Below, in pieces: positions 1-7,622 of a DNA stretch of 64,000 bases. The DNA lies in the NCBI GenBank assembly GCA_937996795.1, contig CALKUH010000038.1, positions 31,516-95,515 of the forward strand, given 5' to 3'. Both the position numbers and the translations under genes were made by a program. Source of the DNA: an uncultured Verrucomicrobiota bacterium (GTDB lineage: Bacteria > Verrucomicrobiota > Kiritimatiellia > CAIVKH01). Within the stretch, counting starts at the first letter, position 1. The number at the start of each line of letters is the position of its first letter. Below the pieces are notes generated by a model. That model saw only the letters and a list, made by a program, of their open reading frames with translations. It ran no database searches and was not told the DNA's origin.

Positions 1-794
1 TGCGCCTGCGTTTTGAGCGCTGGAACCTCGCCGATGTCGCCGCGCATGTCCTGGAAACGGGCGAGACGCTGGAGACCGTGACCATCCGATCCACCATTTC
101 CGGACAGATGCTGCTGGAGGACATGGCCGCCGTGGACAAGGATCTCGAAGTCGGGCGCGAAGTGATGCCCGACACACAACTGCTTCGGCTGGTCGACCCG
201 GACAAACTCGCGCTGGTATTGCAGGTTCCGGAATCGCAAGCGCGCTTCCTCCGCGAGGGACAACAGGCTCAGGTTTCCGGCGATGACACCGGCCCGTTGC
301 CGGACGTGGACGCGCGCGTCGGCAGGCTCGCGACCGAAATCAATCCCCAGACCCGCACGCGAGAGGTGCGCATCTGGCTCGAAGGCGCGCGCGACATCCT
401 CCAGCCCGGCGCCCTGGTGTCTGCGCGCCTTCACGGCGCGTTGGGTCCCGACTTGAAACCGGCGGACCCCGACGACGAAGCCTCGTGGGGCCGGTTCCCG
501 CTCGTGCCGAAAGAGGCCGTGCTCTCCACCGGCGTTCGGCACGTCGCGTGGCGGGTCGCGGGGCGCGGCGCGAACGGCGCGTTGAAATTCGAAATCGCGC
601 CTCTCGCCCTCGGCCCGCGCATCGAGGACGAAAACGGGAACGACCTGTTCGTGGTCCGCGCCGGCCTTGCGCCCGGCGACGAGGTCGCCGCGCGAGGCGC
701 GTTCCTCATCGACAGCCAGGCCCAGCTCGCCGGAACCCCCAGCCTGCTGAACCCCCAAGGCGCGGTGGCGCCGACCGCAGGCCACGAGCACTGA
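1..794 (+). CDS. Efflux RND periplasmic adaptor (membrane fusion protein), 5'-partial. The frame is open to the window start.
   Basis: Frame open from nt 3 with no stop. The C-terminal beta-barrel/MP domains are typical of CusB/CzcB-family MFPs. It sits immediately upstream of an HME-RND pump gene and overlaps it by 1 nt. Confidence 0.75.
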   Translation, partial: RLRFERWNLADVAAHVLETGETLETVTIRSTISGQMLLEDMAAVDKDLEVGREVMPDTQLLRLVDPDKLALVLQVPESQARFLREGQQAQVSGDDTGPLPDVDARVGRLATEINPQTRTREVRIWLEGARDILQPGALVSARLHGALGPDLKPADPDDEASWGRFPLVPKEAVLSTGVRHVAWRVAGRGANGALKFEIAPLALGPRIEDENGNDLFVVRAGLAPGDEVAARGAFLIDSQAQLAGTPSLLNPQGAVAPTAGHEH

Positions 795-3700
795 TGATCG
801 CCTTCGCCATACGCAACATGTTCATCACGCTGGCGGCGGCGCTCGGGCTGGCCGTCGCGGGCTGGTGGGCGTGGCGGCAGGTGCCGGTGGACGCAATCCC
901 CGACCTGAGCGACAACCAGGTCATCGTCTGGGCGCAGTGGCCGGGGCAGAGCCCGCAGGACATGGACCAGCAGGTGACCGCGCGGCTCGCGCGCGAACTG
1001 CAGGGATTGCCCGGGGTGCGCACGGTCCGCGGCATGTCCCTGTACGGCGCGGCTTATGTCTACGTCATTTTTGACGACAACCGCGACCTCTACGATTGCC
1101 GCACACGCGTGCTGGAGCGGCTGGCGCAGTTGCAGGCCCTGCTTCCGCCGGGTGTCGTCCCGCGGCTCGGGCCGGACGCAACGGCGATGGGCCAGGTCTT
1201 CGCCTTCACGCTGCAGGGCCCGCGCGATGTCGAACGCAAACGCTTCGTGCTAGACCAGGTTGTCGTGCCTGCGCTGCAGGCCGTTCCCGGCGTGGCGGAG
1301 GTCGCGCCCGCGGGTGGCGTCGTGCGCGAGTACCAGATCGACATCGATCCCCGCCAACTGGAGGCGCAGGGCCTCACGCTCGACATGCTGATGATGGCGG
1401 TGCAGCAGGGTGGCCGCGACATCGGCGCGATGAGCGTGGAGCAGTCGGGCGTGGAGACGATGATCCGCGGCGCAGGGTTCATCCGCTCCGTCGAAGACGT
1501 GGAGAACATCGTGCTGCGCGGCAATCGCGCGAGGAGCGCGGGACTGCGGTTGGGCGACATCGCCGACGTGCGGCTCGGCGGCCAGTTCCGGCAGGGCGTG
1601 CTGGCCGACGCGCAACAGGAACACGTCGGCGCGATCATCGGCATGCGCGTCGGCGCGGACCCCAAAACGGTGATCAACGCGGTAAAGGCCCGCCTGACGT
1701 CGCTCGCGCCCGCGCTGGCCGCGGAGGACCTCACCGCCATCCCGTTTTATGATCGCTCCCAGCTGATCTACGAAACCACAGCGACCCTCGCGGAGACCCT
1801 GCGCGAGGCGGTCATCACCACCGTGATCGTCGTCGTGGTGTTCCTCCTGCACGCGCGCGCGAGCCTCGCGGTGGCGGCGAGCCTGCCGATGGCGATGCTG
1901 TTCTCGTTCCTCGTGATGCACCTGTTCGGCGTCAGCGCAAACATCATGAGCCTCGCGGGCATCGCGATCGCCATCGGGGTCATGGTGGATTTCGGTATCA
2001 TCATGACCGAAAACATCACGCAGCACCTCGTGGACCTGCAGGAAAAGTGCCGCCGTGAAAACCGGCCGATGCCCACGTCGCCACTGGACCCGGAAATCAC
2101 CGACACGGTCGTCCGCGCGGCGCGGGAAGTCACCCGCCCGCTGGTCACCTCGGCGGCGACGACGGTGATCGGCTTCCTGCCGATCTTCGCGTTGACCGGA
2201 CAGGCGGGCCGCCTGTTCGAGCCGCTCGCGCTGACCAAGTCCCTCGCGATCAGCGGCGCCGTGCTGTTCGGCACGCTGCTGGTCCCGCTGCTCTGCCGGC
2301 TGTTGCTGCCGCCGTGGCACATCCGCAAGCCGCTCCTCATCGGCCTCGCCGGCACCGCCGCGGGACTGGCGTTCGGCTGGTTCATCCGCGACGGCTGGAC
2401 CCTGCCGCTCGACTACGGGCGATGGGCGCTCACCGTGCCCGGATGGCTGTTTGCGCCCGCGTTTGCAGCGCTCTGCGCGTCGGCGGTGTGGAAGATCGGC
2501 CGCGAGCGCCTTGTGAATTACGAGGAGAATCCCGCCAGCCGCGCCATCCACGTCGCGTACGAATGGGCCTACGCGCGGATCATCAAGCGCAAGGTCGCGT
2601 TCACGGTCACGATCGCGCTGCTCGCAAGCGCGGGCTATCTGCTGGGCACGGGCTGGACCACCCTGAGCTGGCCGCTGCGCAAGGCGTTTGATCTCGCCGG
2701 CGGCGACTTCACCGCCACGCGCCTGCACCACGCGCTGGCGCGCGCGTTCCCCGGCGTCGGCTCCAGCTTCCTGCCGCCGCTCGACGAGGGCAGCCTGCTT
2801 TTTATGCCGTCGCTGCCGGCGCATGGCGGGCTCGGCGAAACACTGCGCGTGATGAAGAAGCAGAACCAGCTGATCGAATCCGTGCCCGAAGTCGCGTCGG
2901 TGATGGGCAAACTTGGCCGCGCCGAAACCGCACTCGACCCCGCGCCGCTCGGCATGATCGAAACCGTGGTCCTGCTGAAGCCATACCGCGACTGGCCCGT
3001 GCATGAGATGACCACGCCCGGCGGCGGCGTCGAGCGACGCCCGCGCACGCTGGCCGAGGTGCGCGATGTGCTTGCGGCGCAAACCGACATCCCCGGCGTC
3101 GCGCCGAGCTGGCTGCAGCCCATCGAGACGCGCGTCGTCATGCTGTCCACCGGCATCCGCAGCCTGATCGCGCTGCAGATCCTCGGCGACGACGGCGCCG
3201 CGCTCGAGACCTTCGCGGAACAGGCGGAAAAAATCATCCAGGGCACGCCCGGCGCGGTGGACGTGCAGATGCAGCGCGAGGGCGGTAAGCCCTACGCCGA
3301 GGTGCGGCTCGACCCGGCGAAACTCGCGCGCTTCGGCCTGACACAGGAGCAGGTAATGCGCACGGTCGAAACCGCGCTTGGCGGGATGGCCCTCACCTAC
3401 TCCGTCGAAGGCGCGCTGCGCTACCCCGTCCGCATCCGTTACCTGCGCGAGCGGCGCGACGACACCGACGAACTGCCGCTCGTGCAGGTGCCGGTCCCCG
3501 GCGGCATGGGGTCCGTTCCGCTCGCCGCCTTGCTCGCCGCGCCCACGGTGTACACGCTGGACCTGCCGGATGCCCACGCGTTCCCCGCCGCGCTCGCGCC
3601 CGCCGACCAGCGCAACTACACCGTGCTGTCGCACACCCGCGCCGAATTGACCGTGCCCGCCGGCGAGCCGCTGCCCGACGCCGCAAGGAACCACGTCATC

Positions 3701-4477
3701 GGCGAGCGCCCGTCGGAAGCCGGCCTCACCTACACCATCGGCCCGATGGCGATCCGCTCCGAGGGCGGCAAGCGGACGCAATACGTGCTGTTGAACAACC
3801 GCGGGCGCGGCGAGGTGGACGTCGTGCGCGCAGCGGACGAACGGCTGCGCGCCGCGCTGGCGGCCGGCCAGCTCAGCCTCCCGCCCGGCACGACGTACCG
3901 GTGGGTCGGACGCTATGAGGAGAAACTCAGGGCCGACGCGGTGTTGCGGGTCATCATCGCCGTATCGCTGGCCGTGATGATCGTGTTGATCTATCTCGGC
4001 ACGCGCTCGTGGCTCATCACCGCGATCATCATCCTGTGCAACGCGCTGGTGACGACGGCGGGCGGGTTCTTCTTCGTCTGGTGGTGGGGCGCGGAGATGA
4101 CGACCGCGGTCGTCGTCGGGTTCCTCGTCCTGCTCGGCGTGATGTTCAACGACGGCATCCTGCTCGGCACCTACATCCAGGAGCAGTTCAAGATCCCGCC
4201 CGCGACCGTGGACGAGGTGCACCGCCGCGTCTTCATCGCGGGCCTGCGGCGGCGCCGCCCCGCGATCATGACCAACACAACGACCATGCTCGCGTTGATT
4301 CCCGTCCTCTGGGCCACCGGCCGCGGGTCCGAACTCATGCAACCCATGGTCCTCCCCGTCGTCGGCGGCATGATCTTCGACATCGTCTCCCTGTTCTCAG
4401 TGCCCGTCTTCTTCACCTGGTACTGGGAACGCAAACTCGCGCGCGCCGCGCGATCTGCTTCACCAGGAGCCGCATAA
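794..4477 (+). CDS. Heavy-metal-efflux type RND transporter permease (CusA/CzcA family), 1227 aa.
   Basis: The N-terminus (MIAFAIRNMFITLAA...VDAIPDLSDNQVIVWAQWPGQSPQDMDQQVT...VRG.S.YGAAYVYVIFDD) is colinear with CusA/CzcA. It has 12 TM-type hydrophobic blocks and two large periplasmic loops. It is longer than the canonical ~1040 aa. Confidence 0.85.
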   Translation: MIAFAIRNMFITLAAALGLAVAGWWAWRQVPVDAIPDLSDNQVIVWAQWPGQSPQDMDQQVTARLARELQGLPGVRTVRGMSLYGAAYVYVIFDDNRDLYDCRTRVLERLAQLQALLPPGVVPRLGPDATAMGQVFAFTLQGPRDVERKRFVLDQVVVPALQAVPGVAEVAPAGGVVREYQIDIDPRQLEAQGLTLDMLMMAVQQGGRDIGAMSVEQSGVETMIRGAGFIRSVEDVENIVLRGNRARSAGLRLGDIADVRLGGQFRQGVLADAQQEHVGAIIGMRVGADPKTVINAVKARLTSLAPALAAEDLTAIPFYDRSQLIYETTATLAETLREAVITTVIVVVVFLLHARASLAVAASLPMAMLFSFLVMHLFGVSANIMSLAGIAIAIGVMVDFGIIMTENITQHLVDLQEKCRRENRPMPTSPLDPEITDTVVRAAREVTRPLVTSAATTVIGFLPIFALTGQAGRLFEPLALTKSLAISGAVLFGTLLVPLLCRLLLPPWHIRKPLLIGLAGTAAGLAFGWFIRDGWTLPLDYGRWALTVPGWLFAPAFAALCASAVWKIGRERLVNYEENPASRAIHVAYEWAYARIIKRKVAFTVTIALLASAGYLLGTGWTTLSWPLRKAFDLAGGDFTATRLHHALARAFPGVGSSFLPPLDEGSLLFMPSLPAHGGLGETLRVMKKQNQLIESVPEVASVMGKLGRAETALDPAPLGMIETVVLLKPYRDWPVHEMTTPGGGVERRPRTLAEVRDVLAAQTDIPGVAPSWLQPIETRVVMLSTGIRSLIALQILGDDGAALETFAEQAEKIIQGTPGAVDVQMQREGGKPYAEVRLDPAKLARFGLTQEQVMRTVETALGGMALTYSVEGALRYPVRIRYLRERRDDTDELPLVQVPVPGGMGSVPLAALLAAPTVYTLDLPDAHAFPAALAPADQRNYTVLSHTRAELTVPAGEPLPDAARNHVIGERPSEAGLTYTIGPMAIRSEGGKRTQYVLLNNRGRGEVDVVRAADERLRAALAAGQLSLPPGTTYRWVGRYEEKLRADAVLRVIIAVSLAVMIVLIYLGTRSWLITAIIILCNALVTTAGGFFFVWWWGAEMTTAVVVGFLVLLGVMFNDGILLGTYIQEQFKIPPATVDEVHRRVFIAGLRRRRPAIMTNTTTMLALIPVLWATGRGSELMQPMVLPVVGGMIFDIVSLFSVPVFFTWYWERKLARAARSASPGAA

Positions 4478-4640
4478 AACGCAGCGTGCCGGCCGTAACC
4501 CGTAGATCTGTGTTCACCCGCGTTCTTCTGCGGTTGCTCCCGTTTTTGCGTTCAAAAATTTTACCGGGAATTTTTGTTCATCTGGACTGGAAATCTAAAA
4601 CTCACACGGTTAAGTTTCGCGCCTCAATGGGAGGCGTTGT

Positions 4641-7337
4641 ATGAAGCTTCGCACGTGGATGGTGGCAGGGATCGCGGGTTGGGTTTCGCTGGCGCAGGCC
4701 ACGGAAGTCGAGGTGCGGCACAGTCCGCTGTATCCGTCGATCGACGACGTGATTCACATCGAAATTCGCGGCGCGCCGCAGGGCGGCGTGTTGCACTGGG
4801 GTGTCAACGCGGTCGGCGTCTTCTGGGAGGAGGCGATTCCCGCGTATCGCCCCGAGGGCTCGGAGCAGGACGGCGTCGCGACGCGTACGCGCCTGCAGGG
4901 ACCCGACGAGAACGGCGTGTACCACGCGAAGCTCGGGCCGTTCAACGACACGAACCAGTTGATCCGCGCGCTCAACTTCGCGCTGCAATGGGACGACGGC
5001 CACTGGTCGAACAAGGACGAGAAGAACTACAACATCCCCGTCTCCTTCGGCCGCATCACGACGGACCCCGAGCGCCCCACGATCAATGACCGCGTTGTCG
5101 TGAAGGTCCGCAACAGCCGGCCCGGCGGTGAACTGCGCTGGGGTGTGAACGCGGAAAACGACATGTGGAAGCCGCCGCTGAAGGCCTACTGGCCCGCCGG
5201 CACCGTGCCCGCGCGCGACGGGCTCGCGGTGGACTCGCCGCTCGGCAAGCCCGATTCCAACGGCGTCTCCACCGCCATCCTCGGCCCGTTCAACCGCGCG
5301 GAACAGGTCATCCACACCCTGCACATGGCCGTGCATTGGGGCGACGACTGGGATACCGACGCGGGCCGCAACTACAACGTCGACCTCTCGTTCGAAACCG
5401 GAACCAACGCGCCCGCCGTGCGCATCCTCTCGCCGGAAGATGACAGCGTGATCGTGGACGCACCCCAGGTGGAGTTGCGCGCGGACCGCGCCGATCAGGT
5501 GGAATTGCGGCTGAACGGCCGCGTCATCGCATCCGTCGCTGAAACGCCGCTGGAACTCCGCCTGCCGTTCCAACAACTGCAGTTCGGCCGCCACCAGCTC
5601 ACCGCGCACGCGGAGCGCGACGGCCTCGTCGCGATCCAGCAGATCTCCTTCTGGAAGCTCCCGCCGCACCGCGTGGAATCCATCCCGCCCGGCACGCCGT
5701 GGGGCGCGACCGACAACAAGGACGGCACGGTGACTTTCGCGCTGCACGCGCCGGAAAAACGATTCGTCTCCATCATGGGCGACTTCAACGGCTGGGACCC
5801 GTTCGCCGACATGATGAACTATTCACCCGACGGCACGTGGTGGCTCACGCGCCCGGTGTCGAACGGCGTGTGGCAGTACCAGTACGCCATCGAAGGCCGC
5901 CGCTTCCTCGCCGACCCCTACTCGCACGACGTCGAATGGAAGGATGAGCAGGGCCGCGAAGGCTACCAGCCGTGGGACGCGCGCACGGTGCTGCGCGTCG
6001 GCCAGCCGGAATTCGTCTGGACCGCGACAAACTACGTGCGCCCGCCGCTCGACCAACTCGTCATCTACGAACTGCACGTCCAGGACATGCAGCCCGGCGG
6101 CGGCTTCACCGGCCTCATCAGCCGCCTCGACTACATCCGCGACCTCGGCTTCAACGCCATCGGCCCGATGCCGTGGACCGAGTTCTCCTCCGACCAGAGC
6201 TGGGGCTACAACCCCGCGTTTCACTTCGCGCCGGAGTCGTCCTACGGCACGCCGGATGACCTCAAGCGCCTGATCGACGAATCGCACAAGCGCGGCATGG
6301 CGGTGATCTTCGACGCGGTGCTCAACCACATGGACCGCAGCGGCCCGCTCTTCCAGCTCTACGGCCACGACTACGACGCGAGCCCGTATTTCCGCCTGTT
6401 CCGCGGCGAGAACTGGGGCTTCCCCGACATCGACCAGCGCTCGCGCGCGGTCAAGCGCTACATGCAGGACGTCATCACGCACTGGCACAAGGAATACCGC
6501 GTCGACGGCATCCGCTACGACGCCACGCGCTTCGTCGAGTGGGAGGGCTACAACGACTGGGGCGCGGGCTGGATGGCGTGGGCCGGGCGCCAGGCCGACC
6601 CGACGTCGTACCAGATCGCCGAGCACATGCCGTCCGACCCCGCGCTGATCAACCAGACGGAGATGGACACGACGTGGGGCGACTTCTTCCGCTGGAACCT
6701 GCGCGGCATGATCGAGGAGGCGCGGCTCGACCGCAACCAGTTCGCCGACCTGATGATGCCCACGCGCATCGGCTACACCAGCGCGTTGCAGCGCATCGCC
6801 TACACCGAGAGCCACGACGAGGAACGCGTGATGCGCGAGTTGAAGCTCAAGAAATTCCCGCCCGCCGAGGCGCGCCGCCGCGCGGAACTCGCGTATGCGA
6901 TGACCCTGCTCGCGCCCGGCCCCGCGATGATCTACGCGGGCCAGGAAATCGGCGAGGACACGAAAAAGGTGGTCGGCCTGAATCCGATCCAGTGGCAGCG
7001 CACCGAGGGCTGGTTCAATCGCGAAAACCGGCGCCTGCTTGAATCCGCGCGCGCGCTCACCCGCCTGCGCACCACGCACTCCGCCCTGCGCGGCGAATGG
7101 CTGAACATCCACGAGAACACACCCGACGCCGTTGTCGTGCTCGACCGCACCGGCAACAACGGGTCCGTGCTCGGCGCCGGCAACTTCGGCCGCACCACAC
7201 AGCGCGTGACCATCTCGCTGCCCCACCCCGGCCCGTGGCGCGCCATCCTCGACGGCCGCGGCATCTCGCCGCGCGATGGCAAGGCGACCCTCACCCTCGC
7301 CCCCGGCGAGGTGGCCGTCTTCGCGGCGGGGGAATAG
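4641..7337 (+). CDS. Secreted GH13 alpha-amylase-family glycoside hydrolase with CBM48 and two N-terminal duplicated modules.
   Basis: Signal peptide MKLRTWMVAGIAGWVSLAQA. Two ~115-aa internal repeats (…HWGVNA…NYN…SFG / …RWGVNA…NYNVDLSFE). CBM48/E-set block (GDFNGWDP…YQYAIEG). GH13 conserved regions (VIYELHV, GFNAIGPMP, GIRYDATRF, EHMPSD, YTESHDE). Confidence 0.8.
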   Translation: MKLRTWMVAGIAGWVSLAQATEVEVRHSPLYPSIDDVIHIEIRGAPQGGVLHWGVNAVGVFWEEAIPAYRPEGSEQDGVATRTRLQGPDENGVYHAKLGPFNDTNQLIRALNFALQWDDGHWSNKDEKNYNIPVSFGRITTDPERPTINDRVVVKVRNSRPGGELRWGVNAENDMWKPPLKAYWPAGTVPARDGLAVDSPLGKPDSNGVSTAILGPFNRAEQVIHTLHMAVHWGDDWDTDAGRNYNVDLSFETGTNAPAVRILSPEDDSVIVDAPQVELRADRADQVELRLNGRVIASVAETPLELRLPFQQLQFGRHQLTAHAERDGLVAIQQISFWKLPPHRVESIPPGTPWGATDNKDGTVTFALHAPEKRFVSIMGDFNGWDPFADMMNYSPDGTWWLTRPVSNGVWQYQYAIEGRRFLADPYSHDVEWKDEQGREGYQPWDARTVLRVGQPEFVWTATNYVRPPLDQLVIYELHVQDMQPGGGFTGLISRLDYIRDLGFNAIGPMPWTEFSSDQSWGYNPAFHFAPESSYGTPDDLKRLIDESHKRGMAVIFDAVLNHMDRSGPLFQLYGHDYDASPYFRLFRGENWGFPDIDQRSRAVKRYMQDVITHWHKEYRVDGIRYDATRFVEWEGYNDWGAGWMAWAGRQADPTSYQIAEHMPSDPALINQTEMDTTWGDFFRWNLRGMIEEARLDRNQFADLMMPTRIGYTSALQRIAYTESHDEERVMRELKLKKFPPAEARRRAELAYAMTLLAPGPAMIYAGQEIGEDTKKVVGLNPIQWQRTEGWFNRENRRLLESARALTRLRTTHSALRGEWLNIHENTPDAVVVLDRTGNNGSVLGAGNFGRTTQRVTISLPHPGPWRAILDGRGISPRDGKATLTLAPGEVAVFAAGE

Positions 7338-7348
7338 CAAGGGGAGGA

Positions 7349-7408
7349 AGGTGTCGGGTTTCGGGTGTCGGGGAAGAGGTGATGGAGCTTCCCGACACCT
7401 GACACCCT
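7349..7408 (+). repeat. REP-like GC-rich hairpin element immediately downstream of the GH13 gene stop. A second copy is at 58788-58837.
   Basis: ggtgtcgggtttcgggtgtcggggaag-aggtgatggagctt-cccgacacctgacaccc. It shares 17 nt, TCCCGACACCTGACACC, with the other copy. Confidence 0.55.
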
Positions 7409-7622
7409 CCGCTCACTTCCTGGCCGTCTGTCTTGTCCGCCACAACCTTGGCGAAGGCGGAAAATTACAGACGTTGCAGGCGCCCCAGACCGTTTTTACA
7501 GACGTTGCAAATATTTCAAATTCGCAGAATGTCCGAATGTATCCGTTACATTCGCCTCACATCAGGAGTACGTTGATTCCTTCAGCCAATTTGTAATTTT
7601 ATCAATTACTGGCGGGGGATAC

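Noticed and set aside
780-796. Possible 1-nt frameshift or discrepancy at the MFP-stop/CusA-start junction.
   Set aside because: My manual base count here differed by one position from the ORF-track coordinates. Other checked ORF boundaries (78, 4641, 12802, 16066, 52609, 58844) agree exactly with the track. This is most likely my counting error and not a biological frameshift, so the track coordinates are used.
1250-4342. 1030-aa ORF on the minus strand, antisense to the CusA-like gene.
   Set aside because: Arg/Gly/Asp/His-rich low-complexity translation with no motifs, typical of a stop-codon-poor antisense frame in ~70% GC DNA. The sense strand has a full-length, well-conserved RND protein.
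5823-7340. 505-aa minus-strand ORF inside the GH13 gene. Similar long antisense or shifted-frame ORFs occur at 7983-10190, 21218-23377, 25449-27629, 35920-37185, 38328-39641, 40095-44852, 45502-47556, 50242-52578, 57806-59560 and 60411-61568.
   Set aside because: All are compositionally biased (R/A/G/D/H-rich), overlap strongly supported genes on the other strand or frame, and lack recognisable domains. They are treated as GC-driven artefacts.
7461-7510. Interpreting TTACAGACGTTGCA as a sigma-54 (-24/-12) promoter because of the TTGCA tail.
   Set aside because: The position 12 nt upstream of the GC dinucleotide is AT/TA, not the invariant GG of TGGCAC. Spacing and sequence do not fit the RpoN consensus.
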